Under the pieces are notes generated by a model. The model worked only from the letters and a program-made list of their open reading frames with translations. It was not told where the DNA came from and searched no databases. The translations under genes and the position numbers were made by a program. 36,390 nt of DNA from a virus (taxonomy: Duplodnaviria > Caudoviricetes), in IMG/VR virus record IMGVR_UViG_3300035135_001001, positions 1-36,390 of that record; one strand, 5' to 3'. Position 1 is the first letter of the stretch, and each line of letters begins with the position of its first letter. This document shows, one piece after another, positions 1-8,943 of the stretch.

Positions 1-127
1 ATATAGAAAAAGAGCTTGAAGTTCAGTTAGCTAATACTACTACTACAACATTAGGCCAAAAAGGAGGTTTACAGTTTAGGTCTGCTTCTTCAACCGTTGG
101 TAATGGTGGCGAAATTACTTGGGCTAG
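1..127. repeat. 127-bp exact terminal overlap with 36264..36390 (circular assembly signature)
   Basis: 1..127 (atatagaaaa...gggctag) is identical to 36264..36390; it lies mid-gene and 127 is a common assembler k-mer. Confidence 0.95.
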
Positions 128-737
128 TGGAACGGGTAACACTGAGCGTTGGTGTGCAATTAGCGGTCACATAACGACAAACACCGCAACGGGTTCAGTT
201 GGTGACTTAGTTTTTGCAACTAAAGGCGCTCAAGCAGACACGGCCCCAACAGAGCGTATGCGTATACTGTCATCAGGCGGCCTTACGTTTAACGGGGATA
301 CTTCCACAAATAACGCGCTAGACGATTATGAAGAAGGCACTTATACGGTGCGGCTTTATGATGCTTCAACTGGGGGCAACCAAAGCACAAACTCTGTAAC
401 AGGTTATTACACCAAAATAGGACGAGTCGTGACGGTTAATATTTATGCGTTCAACAACATCGGCAGATCAGAAATGACTTCATCGAATGTTGCGTATTTT
501 AATCTTCCGTTTGCATCTGGTTCTAATGGTCGCCATGTTGGGCAAGTGAATCACCACGGATGGACTTACGCAGGCAACACCAGCTATCAAACCATGATGC
601 CGCAAGTTACTCAAAACGCCAGCAGAGGGTATTTTGTTGCGAATGGTTACGGCGTTGGCGATGCTACGGTAAAGGTGTCGGACATTGGTAGCGGAACAGA
701 TGATATCGTCACGCTTTCATTGACCTATCACGTTTAA
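1..737 (+). CDS. C-terminal part of long tail fibre (continues from 33185 across the junction)
   Basis: frame open from position 3 to TAA at 737 and in frame with the 33185 ORF; TERMRI and ALDDYEEGT motifs typical of marine phage fibre C-termini; the ORF-track start at 258 is internal. Confidence 0.85.
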   Translation, partial: IEKELEVQLANTTTTTLGQKGGLQFRSASSTVGNGGEITWASGTGNTERWCAISGHITTNTATGSVGDLVFATKGAQADTAPTERMRILSSGGLTFNGDTSTNNALDDYEEGTYTVRLYDASTGGNQSTNSVTGYYTKIGRVVTVNIYAFNNIGRSEMTSSNVAYFNLPFASGSNGRHVGQVNHHGWTYAGNTSYQTMMPQVTQNASRGYFVANGYGVGDATVKVSDIGSGTDDIVTLSLTYHV

Positions 738-785
738 TCAATATCCTGATCGGACGATTGGGACGGACTGAAAGAGGAAACGAAA

Positions 786-1040
786 ATGGCACTAACAGAA
801 AGGCAGGAAGTGGATAAGGTGGAAGTGGTTGGCCCGTACAAATCTGTACAGGTTCGCACTGCTACGGTGATTGAGCGCGATGGCGAGGAGCTTACCCGAT
901 CATTTCAGCGGCACGTTATTCAAGCGGGAGAGGACTACAGCGGCGAAACCGCAGAGGTGCAGGCTATCTGCGCGGCGGTTCATACGGCTGAAGTCATCGC
1001 GGCACTAGAAGCGGCACAGTCAGAGGGAGATGGCGAGTGA
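786..1040 (+). CDS. small protein following tail fibre, putative fibre accessory/chaperone
   Basis: SD GAGGA; DKVEVV..VQVRTATVIERDG.E..RSF.RHV motif that I recall downstream of DDYEEG-type fibres. Confidence 0.7.
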   Translation: MALTERQEVDKVEVVGPYKSVQVRTATVIERDGEELTRSFQRHVIQAGEDYSGETAEVQAICAAVHTAEVIAALEAAQSEGDGE

Positions 1041-1186
1041 TTAACCTAGAGCTATCGACTGAAGAAGTAAACGCAATCCTGCAAGTGCTTGGCGATCTGC
1101 CTACCAAGACGGGCGCATGGCCGTTGATCGTTAAGATCAAAGAGCAAGCGGAGTCTCAGGTAGAACCGTCAGAAAGCGATGACTGA
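1037..1186 (+). CDS. 49-aa hypothetical protein (MINLELSTEEVNAILQVLGDLPTKTGAWPLIVKIKEQAESQ...), absent from ORF track
   Basis: GTG overlaps upstream TGA, its own TGA overlaps the next ATG; SD-like GGGAG; fills the gap exactly. Confidence 0.7.
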   Translation: MINLELSTEEVNAILQVLGDLPTKTGAWPLIVKIKEQAESQVEPSESDD

Positions 1187-1656
1187 TGGACCCTCTGTCC
1201 CTCGTTGCGATGGCCTCGACTACGTTCAAGGGCATCCAAATAATGGTGAACAAAGGGGCAGAAATTGAGGCTGTCGCTCAAAAGCTGGGCGCGTGGTATG
1301 CCTTCGCCGCTGACATAAAAGAGGCAGAGAAAGAGTCAGAAAACCCGCCAATATTTAAAAAGCTATTTGACGGGCAGACGGTAGAGCAGCAGGCGCTAAA
1401 TAGTGTCATAGCCAGGAAAAAGCTAGAGGAGCAAGAAAAGCAGATCAGGGAGTTGATTGTCTGGGCTTATGGCGTTGAAACGTATCAAGAGATGATAATG
1501 ATGCGGCGGTCTATTAAGGCTAAACGCGACAAGGCGATCTATCGGCAAAGACGTAGAAGGCGCATTATGCTGGACAGCACGTTTGGAATCATTGGCCTGC
1601 TCGTTGCAGGCGCAGTCATTTTCGGAACAGTAGCGTTTATTCAGGGGGCTTCATGA
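1186..1656 (+). CDS. hypothetical membrane protein, coiled coil plus C-terminal TM helix
   Basis: hydrophobic C-terminus FGIIGLLVAGAVIFGTVAFI after a basic patch; coupled start/stop. Confidence 0.75.
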   Translation: MDPLSLVAMASTTFKGIQIMVNKGAEIEAVAQKLGAWYAFAADIKEAEKESENPPIFKKLFDGQTVEQQALNSVIARKKLEEQEKQIRELIVWAYGVETYQEMIMMRRSIKAKRDKAIYRQRRRRRIMLDSTFGIIGLLVAGAVIFGTVAFIQGAS

Positions 1657-2096
1657 GAAACGTCATAGCAAGTTTGATTGGATTGGTTGCGTTAGGCGCA
1701 ACTGCGGAGACAGTTATTCTGTACGACGATGGCTCGCAGTACACCGTCAAGGACAGCGAACACGTTTACGTCAGTAATTATCGCAAGCTGTATCAAATGA
1801 AGCAGTACAGCAAAGGCGACATTAAATTAAACAAGGTTTTGCCTAGCGACAAGCGGGACTATGTTTCGGCTGTTGAGCCTGTGGGCGCTGTAGGCAGTCA
1901 CGAATGGTGTGAGAGCTATGAGCCGTGGTCAGAAGGGCTAACGTTTACTCAGGTTAACTGGAACCTAGCCTGTGACGTAAATGGCGATGGCGAGTATAAT
2001 ATGTGCGACTACTATGAGCCTACTGGCATCCCTTCCTTTGAGGAAATGGAGTGGCAGGACAGGTGCAACGATGGTGAGCCTTGGGATGGATCGTGA
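1653..2096 (+). CDS. secreted acidic Cys-containing protein
   Basis: signal peptide MRNVIASLIGLVALGATA; DVNGDG Ca-binding-like loop; 4 Cys. Confidence 0.7.
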   Translation: MRNVIASLIGLVALGATAETVILYDDGSQYTVKDSEHVYVSNYRKLYQMKQYSKGDIKLNKVLPSDKRDYVSAVEPVGAVGSHEWCESYEPWSEGLTFTQVNWNLACDVNGDGEYNMCDYYEPTGIPSFEEMEWQDRCNDGEPWDGS

Positions 2097-2265
2097 CACC
2101 TTCAGATTGGAAGTGGCTAGAGTATTTGCTGGTGTTCGCAGTGATCTCCGCACTGCTGTTACCCGCGTTGATGGTCTTCTCTATACCATTCAAGTAGATG
2201 CCAGGATTCGATACAAGAAGGCCAAGAAGTCTGTGAAGCAAATCTGGCATGAGTTATGGAGATGA
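2086..2265 (+). CDS. hypothetical basic protein (MDRDTFRLEV...)
   Basis: ATG at 2086 fills the gap between neighbours with short overlaps. Confidence 0.5.
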   Translation: MDRDTFRLEVARVFAGVRSDLRTAVTRVDGLLYTIQVDARIRYKKAKKSVKQIWHELWR

Positions 2266-2498
2266 TAGTGGACCAGGGGATGATCAATCTCGTTATCAGC
2301 ATAGCTGCTGGCGGGTATGCATTTATACTGAAAAGCATGTGGGATTCCCTGAGAAGTCTCGATCAGCAAGTAGGAAAGCTAGAGGTTTCTGTAGCCGGCG
2401 AGTATCTCAAGCGAGAAGAGTGGAAGCAGGATATGCAGAGGCTTTTCGATAAGTTGGACGCCATTGAAGAAAAGCTAGACGGCAAGGCAGACAAATGA
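2256..2498 (+). CDS. lysis-region protein, N-terminal TM plus coiled coil
   Basis: hydrophobic N-terminus, heptad-rich C-terminus, directly upstream of holin. Confidence 0.7.
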   Translation: MEMIVDQGMINLVISIAAGGYAFILKSMWDSLRSLDQQVGKLEVSVAGEYLKREEWKQDMQRLFDKLDAIEEKLDGKADK

Positions 2499-2893
2499 TC
2501 GATCTGTTAGTTGGTCCAGTATCCAGCCTTCTCGATAAATTTATACCAGATGCAGATGAGCGTAATCGCCTGGCACATGAAATCGCGACGATGTCGGAGC
2601 GACATGCCCATGAGATTAATAAGGCACAGTTGGCTGTTAATCAGACAGAAGCTGCACACAAAAGCATATTCGTTTCGGGTTGGCGTCCAGCGCTTGGTTG
2701 GTGTTTTGTCGCAGGAATTGCAGGCAATTACATCATCATTCCTTTTGCTAATTTTGGTCTTGCTCTATCTGGAAATGAAATACAGGTTCCCCTCATCGAC
2801 TTGGAAACATTTATGCCAGTGCTGATTGGCATGCTTGGCTTGTCTGGGATGAGGAGCTTTGAAAAGTCTAAAGGCGTTCAGCGCGAGAAATGA
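2495..2893 (+). CDS. holin (3TM/GTA-holin-like family)
   Basis: LLDKFIPD, SGWRPALGW, GMLGL.GMRSFEK motifs; next to endolysin. Confidence 0.85.
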   Translation: MIDLLVGPVSSLLDKFIPDADERNRLAHEIATMSERHAHEINKAQLAVNQTEAAHKSIFVSGWRPALGWCFVAGIAGNYIIIPFANFGLALSGNEIQVPLIDLETFMPVLIGMLGLSGMRSFEKSKGVQREK

Positions 2894-3243
2894 GTTACTT
2901 CTCTGTAGAAGAACTGTCTTGCCAGCATTGCGGTAAGTACAAGTTCGATGAGCAAACCCTCCACATCCTCAATGCGATCCGCAGAGAGTTTGGTCCGATG
3001 CCGGTGACCAGTGGCTACCGTTGCGTTGACCATCCCATAGAGGCAAAGAAGCAACAGCCTGGAGCTCACTGCACTGGCAAAGCTGTCGATATTGGTGTCT
3101 CCCGGGGAGATGCCTATCGTCTGCTAGAAATCGCTATAGCCCATGGCTGCCCTCGTATTGGTATCAACCAGAAGGGCGATGCGCGATTCATTCACCTCGA
3201 TTGGGACTATGACCGCCCAACTCCCGCACTTTGGTCGTACTAG
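2890..3243 (+). CDS. endolysin, peptidase M15 family
   Basis: YFS.EEL.CxxCG, SGYRC..H, H..GKAVDI, FIHLD Zn-peptidase motifs. Confidence 0.9.
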   Translation: MSYFSVEELSCQHCGKYKFDEQTLHILNAIRREFGPMPVTSGYRCVDHPIEAKKQQPGAHCTGKAVDIGVSRGDAYRLLEIAIAHGCPRIGINQKGDARFIHLDWDYDRPTPALWSY

Positions 3244-3426
3244 CTTTTTATAACAAAACGATCTAACCGAAAATAATCATTTCCGTTTACACTCTCCTTG
3301 TCGGGTCAGCGCCCTTTTGGTCGGGGGTTAATCTTCGTGTGATCCTCTCTGTGATACGAAGTAGCTGAGTTCCAATGCGGTTGACGGCAACCCGTACGAC
3401 GCAATTGCCGTTTCATTCACGGGGAG

Positions 3427-3729
3427 ATGATTATGCTAGTTACCATTCAATTGAAGGGCCGTATTGATGAGGCTCTAACTCAATACCGCGGCTGTCCGAT
3501 CCTTGACGCAGACGAAGACACTGTCTGGATTGCAGTCGAAGCGGACGATGTGTACACAAAGTATACATATGAAGAAGACACCGAATCCTATGAGTTTTGG
3601 GGTGAGCGTGGTCTGACTACAGTCGGCACTCTGGATATTAAGCAATGCACCTACCAGGGCCGGCGGGTTTTGAACGCAGATGAAGTTGTCGAAGCAATAA
3701 TGGAGAGTGAGCGACATGGAGAACACTGA
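3427..3729 (+). CDS. acidic hypothetical protein
   Basis: GGGGAG SD; D/E-rich; first gene of the recombination/replication operon. Confidence 0.7.
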   Translation: MIMLVTIQLKGRIDEALTQYRGCPILDADEDTVWIAVEADDVYTKYTYEEDTESYEFWGERGLTTVGTLDIKQCTYQGRRVLNADEVVEAIMESERHGEH

Positions 3730-4498
3730 AGGGAATATTCCGCTAGGTCACAAAGCGAGCGTCGCGCAGAAGCGCTTTAAAACGCTGTTTGAGTATGACC
3801 TGAATGACAAGAAGGACAAAAAGGGCAACTTTACCTATCTGTCTTGGACTGACGCCTGGCAAATCATTTCGGAACAAAGCCATGTAGTCGATTACGAAAT
3901 CCACGATGATATTTTCTACCCGGATGGCACGGTAGAAGTTCGCGTCACGGTCACCATCGACCTTACAAAGCGCATGATGTGGCTGCCCGTAAAAGATCAT
4001 TTGCAGAAGGCGATCAAAAATCCTGACGCTCGACAGATCAGTGATGCTAGGATGCGTTGCTTGGTTAAGTGTCTTGCGATGTTCGGTTTGGGCCTCTACA
4101 TCTATCAAGGCGAAGACGTTCCCAGCGTTAAGTTGGGTTACGAAGATTACAAAGCCGACCTAGAGAAAGACCCTCATGCCTTTGCTCTGATGTTCATGCA
4201 GGCCGACGAAGAGACTAAGAGCGAGATCACAGCGTCTGCTCTGCCGTTCAAGAAGAAAACTGAATGGGCCAAAACAATACAGGAAGGCCAAACGGAACTG
4301 CACAAGTGGGCCGATGCATGGGCGCAAGAGCTAATGGAAATGCTTTTCCCGGAAGAGGGCGAGCCAATGCTCGATTCCGTCAAAGAAGCAATGACAGAAT
4401 TTGAGCCGTATGAGCGCTGGCTGGTAATGCAGCGTTTTGAGGAATCAGATAAAGAGACGTTTAGAAAATTGTACATGGAGACACTAAGCAATGAGTAA
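3707..4498 (+). CDS. Sak/Rad52-like single-strand annealing protein (DUF1071-like)
   Basis: [40 protein letters not shown] motifs; adjacent to ssb; start may be ATG 3716. Confidence 0.88.
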   Translation: MSDMENTEGNIPLGHKASVAQKRFKTLFEYDLNDKKDKKGNFTYLSWTDAWQIISEQSHVVDYEIHDDIFYPDGTVEVRVTVTIDLTKRMMWLPVKDHLQKAIKNPDARQISDARMRCLVKCLAMFGLGLYIYQGEDVPSVKLGYEDYKADLEKDPHAFALMFMQADEETKSEITASALPFKKKTEWAKTIQEGQTELHKWADAWAQELMEMLFPEEGEPMLDSVKEAMTEFEPYERWLVMQRFEESDKETFRKLYMETLSNE

Positions 4499-4877
4499 GG
4501 GTGTAAATAAAGTAATAATCGTCGGCAACTTGGGCAATGACCCGGAGTCAAAGCAGATGCCAAGCGGGGGTTCGGTCACAAATATCAGTGTGGCAACTAG
4601 CGAATCGTGGAAGGACAAGAAGAGCGGTGACATGCAAGAGCGAACAGAGTGGCACCGCATTGTCTTCTTCGGGAAGCTTGCAGATATTGCAAGTGAGTAT
4701 TTAAAAAAAGGCTCAAAGGTTTATTGCGAAGGCTCCCTGCGTACACGCAAGTGGCAGGACAAGAGCGGCCAGGATCGCTACACAACTGAGATCATCGCGT
4801 CAGAAATGCAGATGCTGGATTCTAAGAATGGCAATGGCGGTAACAACGGATTCCGCGAAGACGATATTCCGTTCTAA
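4491..4877 (+). CDS. ssb: single-stranded DNA-binding protein
   Basis: [39 protein letters not shown]-terminal DDIPF. Confidence 0.97.
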   Translation: MSKGVNKVIIVGNLGNDPESKQMPSGGSVTNISVATSESWKDKKSGDMQERTEWHRIVFFGKLADIASEYLKKGSKVYCEGSLRTRKWQDKSGQDRYTTEIIASEMQMLDSKNGNGGNNGFREDDIPF

Positions 4878-5101
4878 TGGAATACTTTGACTGCGGTAAA
4901 CGTCTGCGCGCATTGCAAGAAGCACTGGATATATCGAGCGTAGATATGGCAAGCAGAATAGGATGCACTCCACAGCAACTGGTCAGATGGCGTTCTCAAG
5001 CTAATTTGAAGGCGCATACGCTGCAAGCGGTCTGCAATGCTCTGGACGTGCATCTCTGCGATTTCTTCAATGATCGCTGGATGCCACATCCCCCTGATTA
5101 A
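4877..5101 (+). CDS. XRE/Cro-like HTH regulator
   Basis: GKRLRALQ..ISSVDMASRIGCTPQQLVRW..TLQAVCNALDV pattern. Confidence 0.8.
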   Translation: MEYFDCGKRLRALQEALDISSVDMASRIGCTPQQLVRWRSQANLKAHTLQAVCNALDVHLCDFFNDRWMPHPPD

Positions 5102-5121
5102 AAAAGCCCCCTAATGGGGGC
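5098..5121 (-). terminator. intrinsic terminator on the minus strand
   Basis: minus strand GCCCCC-ATTA-GGGGGC-TTTTTT. Confidence 0.7.
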
Positions 5122-5172
5122 AAATCCACGGGGGTGGAGGGTTATTCATTATACCACGCAGAGGGGGCGTCA

Positions 5173-5592
5173 ATGACTGCTGAAAAGCTACTCAGCAAAG
5201 TAGAAAAATACAAAGAGTTGGGGGATGGTCGATGGGTTGCAGTTTGCCCGGCGCATGCGGATCGATCACCGAGTCTGCACATCACAGAAAAAGCCGATGG
5301 GGTAGTGCTAATACATTGCAAAGCTGGCTGTGGTGCAACGGATGTTTTAGACGCCGTGAACCTAGAATACGGCGATTTATTCCCTGAAAATCACTACAGC
5401 CAAGAATCCAGGCGCAGAATACCTCAGTCAACCGCTGACGAGTTCGTCATTGAGCTCTGGGAGCACGATAGGGCCATAGGAAGGGTGCCCTCTAGGGGTG
5501 ACAAAGAACGCTTCAGAGAGGCTCTCCGGAGGGTCTCAGGGGGCAATGGTTTTGTGTCTGAGGTAGTGGCGCAGGCCACAAAGCAGCATTGA
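5173..5592 (+). CDS. stand-alone primase-type zinc-binding-domain protein (no TOPRIM)
   Basis: CPAH.DRSPSL....HC.AGC motif; ATG 5173 with GAGGGGG SD. Confidence 0.8.
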   Translation: MTAEKLLSKVEKYKELGDGRWVAVCPAHADRSPSLHITEKADGVVLIHCKAGCGATDVLDAVNLEYGDLFPENHYSQESRRRIPQSTADEFVIELWEHDRAIGRVPSRGDKERFREALRRVSGGNGFVSEVVAQATKQH

Positions 5593-6209
5593 GCATCGAA
5601 GCTATCAACTGGGCCTTGAACAAGGTCCGCGGGGTCAGTAGCACTCAAAAAGCGATCCTCGTTGCGTTGGCTGATAGGGCAGATGTCAACGCCCAATGCT
5701 TTCCATCGTATGAGGACATCTGTGTGCGTAGCGGGGCGACCCGTAATGCCGTTGCCCGGGCGCTGAATTACTTTGAGGAGAACGGTTTAGTTTCCCGGCA
5801 ACAGAGACACAACAAGTCTACTGTTTACACGTTGAACCTTACTAGTACGCAATTCAATACTGACTCTAGTAGTACGGAATTCGATACTAGTAGTAGTACG
5901 GAATTGAAGACTAGTACTAGTACGGAATTCGATACTCTAACCACCAAAGAACCATCAATTAACCACCAAAAGAAAAAACATAGTCGTAAAACCCCGGAAG
6001 GGGTGGACCCGCAGGCATGGAGTGAATGGGTCAAGTACAGAAGAAAGTTTAAGGCTCCGACAACGGAGAGGGCGCTGACGTTAGTCGCCAACAAGCTGAA
6101 GGGATGTGACCCAGAGGCACAACGGGAAGCGGTTGATAAGGCCATTGAATGTGGGTGGCGATCTGTCTTTCCAAAACAAAAAGATGAAATACGGGAGTGG
6201 GAAGTTTGA
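5589..6209 (+). CDS. replication initiator (N-terminal winged HTH, lambda O analogue)
   Basis: AINWA..KAILVALAD.A..CFPS..I HTH; internal iterons; C-terminal W.EW..YR and GWRSVF motifs; TTG start. Confidence 0.85.
   Translation: MSIEAINWALNKVRGVSSTQKAILVALADRADVNAQCFPSYEDICVRSGATRNAVARALNYFEENGLVSRQQRHNKSTVYTLNLTSTQFNTDSSSTEFDTSSSTELKTSTSTEFDTLTTKEPSINHQKKKHSRKTPEGVDPQAWSEWVKYRRKFKAPTTERALTLVANKLKGCDPEAQREAVDKAIECGWRSVFPKQKDEIREWEV
5844..5980. repeat. putative replication origin: 4 near-palindromic iterons plus A-rich tract
   Basis: AGTACG(G/C)AATT(C/G)(G/A)A(T/G)ACT at 5844, 5871, 5895, 5919 (spacing 27/24/24), then TAACCACCAAA twice and an A tract; lambdoid ori-in-O layout. Confidence 0.8.
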
Positions 6210-7144
6210 TTCAGGAAAGACGTTTCGATTTTACCGACAAAGATTTGCAGGAGATATTTGCGAAGAGCGAAGCCGCCGATGTGGTGGGCATCAACGCATT
6301 TGAGGACAAGTTCTTAGCCAGGATTGAGGGTGGTGGAAATCTCACGGGTTTTACCCTCCCCTGGGCCGACACGCATCATCTGGTCAGAATGCACACAGGT
6401 GCTGTCAGCTTGTGGTGCGGTATCAACGGCCACAAGAAAAGCACATGCATATCTCAGGTAGCGCTGCACATTGCGCGACAGTCAACGGTGGGCATCGCGA
6501 GCTTTGAAATGAAGCTTGAGGATCAGGCGTTCATGATGTGTAAGCAAGCGGCCGGGTCGGATCGCATATCCCACGAGTACGCCAGGCGGTTCTACGATTG
6601 GGTCCATGACCGGGTCTGCTGGTATCGTGCGCTTGGCGGCGTCCAGCCACTGGAGGCGCTGGGGGCGATTGCCGCGATGGCTGACCGGGGGTGCAAGTTT
6701 ATAGTCCTCGATAACTTGCAGTTCTGTGGCGTGACCGATGATATTGAGAGAGAGCGTCTGTTCTGCAATCAGTTGATAGGGATGGCAGAAGCCAAGGACA
6801 TCCATATTGCTGTTGTGCATCACGTTAGAAAGCCGCAGTCAGGCGGTGACGAATATCTGCCAACGCGCTTCGACGTGCGTGGCGGCGGCACGATTGTCGA
6901 TCAGGCGCACATGCTGTTTATCTGTTGGCACAACAAGAAGCGAGCGAGATTAGCGGAGGCGGCAGAGATGGGGATGCCGCTAAACGATAAAGAAACTAAG
7001 TTGCTAGAAGAGCCAGGATTCAAGCTAGTGTTGGCGAAGCAACGCCATGCGCCGTTTGAAGGCACTTTTAAGTTGTGGGAAGACAACGGGCAGACGTTCA
7101 AGAAGAAGCCCAACGGGAGAACCGTAATCGTGGAGGAGATATGA
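6197..7144 (+). CDS. DnaB/SF4-like replicative helicase
   Basis: Walker A-like GINGHKKS, ASFEM, FIVLDNLQ, HHVRK, RGGGTIVDQA, KQRH. Confidence 0.88.
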   Translation: MGSLIQERRFDFTDKDLQEIFAKSEAADVVGINAFEDKFLARIEGGGNLTGFTLPWADTHHLVRMHTGAVSLWCGINGHKKSTCISQVALHIARQSTVGIASFEMKLEDQAFMMCKQAAGSDRISHEYARRFYDWVHDRVCWYRALGGVQPLEALGAIAAMADRGCKFIVLDNLQFCGVTDDIERERLFCNQLIGMAEAKDIHIAVVHHVRKPQSGGDEYLPTRFDVRGGGTIVDQAHMLFICWHNKKRARLAEAAEMGMPLNDKETKLLEEPGFKLVLAKQRHAPFEGTFKLWEDNGQTFKKKPNGRTVIVEEI

Positions 7145-7350
7145 GCAGTTGGGATCATCAAGTGGGTGGCGATCACTACAAGCAATTCAAGATACAGCCG
7201 CTGGAATATGCGTTAGAAAATGACTTGGGCATCTGCGAACATGCAGTGATTAAATATGTGTCGCGCTGGCGGGATAAGGGCGGCATCGAGGATTTGCGTA
7301 AAGCCAGGCACTATATTGATCTGCTGATAGAGCGAGAATTGTCTCAGTGA
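7141..7350 (+). CDS. DUF3310 / T7 gp1.7-like protein
   Basis: QVGGDHY, IQP, VIKYVSRW..KGG.EDLRKA.HYI; ATGA overlap with helicase stop. Confidence 0.9.
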   Translation: MSSWDHQVGGDHYKQFKIQPLEYALENDLGICEHAVIKYVSRWRDKGGIEDLRKARHYIDLLIERELSQ

Positions 7351-7781
7351 GTGAGTTTTGGCTAGTCAAAAGTAAGGACCAGTTGAGAGAGCGGATCGAA
7401 TATTTCGCGCAATATTTAGAACGTGAATGGAATTGGGAACACCCTGTACAATGGAAGGTGTCCAGATATTCTGGCAAAGCGTCAATGTCGCAAAAGCGGC
7501 TATGGTGGATGTGGTGCGATGAGATGGCTCGGCACTTCCGCGCAGGCGGTGCTGACACGGATAAAGAGCGTATGGCGCTAATGCTAAAAAACAGATTCCT
7601 TGGTACAGAGGACATTTATTGCAACAACACGGTGATCGAAGGGCAGGTTCGACACACGAGTAACCTATCACCTGGTGAAATGTGCGAGTTCATGGATCAG
7701 GTTATGGCATGGGCGTTAGATTGTGGTGTGACGCTGACATGCCCAGCAGATTCGGAGTACATGCAAATCAAAGGGGGATAG
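7347..7781 (+). CDS. NinB/YbcN-like protein
   Basis: S.SQ..L.W.W, LK.RFLG, TS.LS.GEM.EFM motifs. Confidence 0.75.
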   Translation: MSEFWLVKSKDQLRERIEYFAQYLEREWNWEHPVQWKVSRYSGKASMSQKRLWWMWCDEMARHFRAGGADTDKERMALMLKNRFLGTEDIYCNNTVIEGQVRHTSNLSPGEMCEFMDQVMAWALDCGVTLTCPADSEYMQIKGG

Positions 7782-7782
7782 C

Positions 7783-8943
7783 ATGGAACATCCGCTACTA
7801 GAGTTTTGTACAACAGAAAAACAATACAACTCTGTGAAGCTTTGTTTAATAGATGGACTGTCGCAGTATCAGGCGGCAGAGAGAATGGGAGTAAGCCGCA
7901 ACGCAGTTAAAGATCACCTTGCTGCTGTCAGGATGAAGGCAAAGGTTAGGGGTTACAGCCCGGATAACGATTGGCATCACCCAGTGCCTGATGGTCACAA
8001 GATCAAAGGCGTCTCGACGTTCTACGATGAAGACGGCAGGCCGGTGCGCCAATGGGTAAAGTCTCAGACTGATGAGAAGCGCCAGTTTGAAATCTTGGTG
8101 GAGCGCTTGGAGGCAGCGCAAGAAGGTTTGCCGCCTTTCAAGCCAATCGCCGCTCCAAAAGCAACAGACAAAGACCTACTCACACTGCTGACGATCACAG
8201 ACTTTCACCTCGGAATGTACGCCTACGAGGCTGAGACCGGGGATGATTGGGATATGAAAATCGCCCGGGACGTATTCCTCAACTCAATTAATGACATGAT
8301 TAAGGCATCACCTAAGTCAGGGGTAGGTGTTCTCTGCCAGTTGGGTGACTTCCTGCACTGGGACGGCATCCTGAATGTCACGCCTCAGTCAGGTCATATT
8401 CTAGACGCTGACACTCGGTACGGTAAGCTTGTAGAGATGGCGATGTCGGTTATGACAGAAGCAGTCAAGATGATGCTCAGGAAGTTCGATAAAGTCCAAG
8501 TCATCTCAGCCGAAGGCAATCACGATATCTCAGGAAGCATTTGGCTCCGCAAACATATCAAGCACTTGTTCTCCAACGAGCCGCGATTGTCTGTCATCGA
8601 TAACGATTATCCGTACTATGCGATCCTGCATGGCGAGACGATGCTGGGCTTCCATCACGGACATAAGGTCAAGCTGGCGCAACTGCACAAGCTGTTTGCA
8701 AGCGAACCCAGGTTTAGGGAAATGTGGGGCGCGGCGACCACAACGTACATTCACACGGGCCATTATCATCACGAGAGAGTGGTGGAGGACGGTGGCGCGA
8801 TTGCAGAAATGCATCCGACACTGAGTGCGAGAGATGCCTATGCTGCTCGTGGTGGATGGGTTTCCCGCCGCGGTGCTAAGGTCATCACTTACCACAAGAC
8901 TGACGGTGAGATCGGAAGAATTACAGTGAGGCCAAGGCAATGA
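7783..8943 (+). CDS. N-terminal HTH plus calcineurin-like metallophosphoesterase
   Basis: TDFHLG, LGDFLH, GNHD, HHGH, GHYHH; AAERMGVSRNAV HTH. Confidence 0.9.
   Translation: MEHPLLEFCTTEKQYNSVKLCLIDGLSQYQAAERMGVSRNAVKDHLAAVRMKAKVRGYSPDNDWHHPVPDGHKIKGVSTFYDEDGRPVRQWVKSQTDEKRQFEILVERLEAAQEGLPPFKPIAAPKATDKDLLTLLTITDFHLGMYAYEAETGDDWDMKIARDVFLNSINDMIKASPKSGVGVLCQLGDFLHWDGILNVTPQSGHILDADTRYGKLVEMAMSVMTEAVKMMLRKFDKVQVISAEGNHDISGSIWLRKHIKHLFSNEPRLSVIDNDYPYYAILHGETMLGFHHGHKVKLAQLHKLFASEPRFREMWGAATTTYIHTGHYHHERVVEDGGAIAEMHPTLSARDAYAARGGWVSRRGAKVITYHKTDGEIGRITVRPRQ

Noticed and set aside
1-127. Biological direct terminal repeat
   Set aside because: Falls mid-gene, length equals a common assembly k-mer, and the GpA-type terminase implies cos ends elsewhere
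258-737. Stand-alone 159-aa gene
   Set aside because: Frame is open upstream through the junction; it is the fibre C-terminus
3244-3426. tRNA or hammerhead ribozyme in the structured intergenic regions (also 10183..10326)
   Set aside because: No TTCGA T-loop cloverleaf and no CTGANGA/GAAA core in a suitable arrangement
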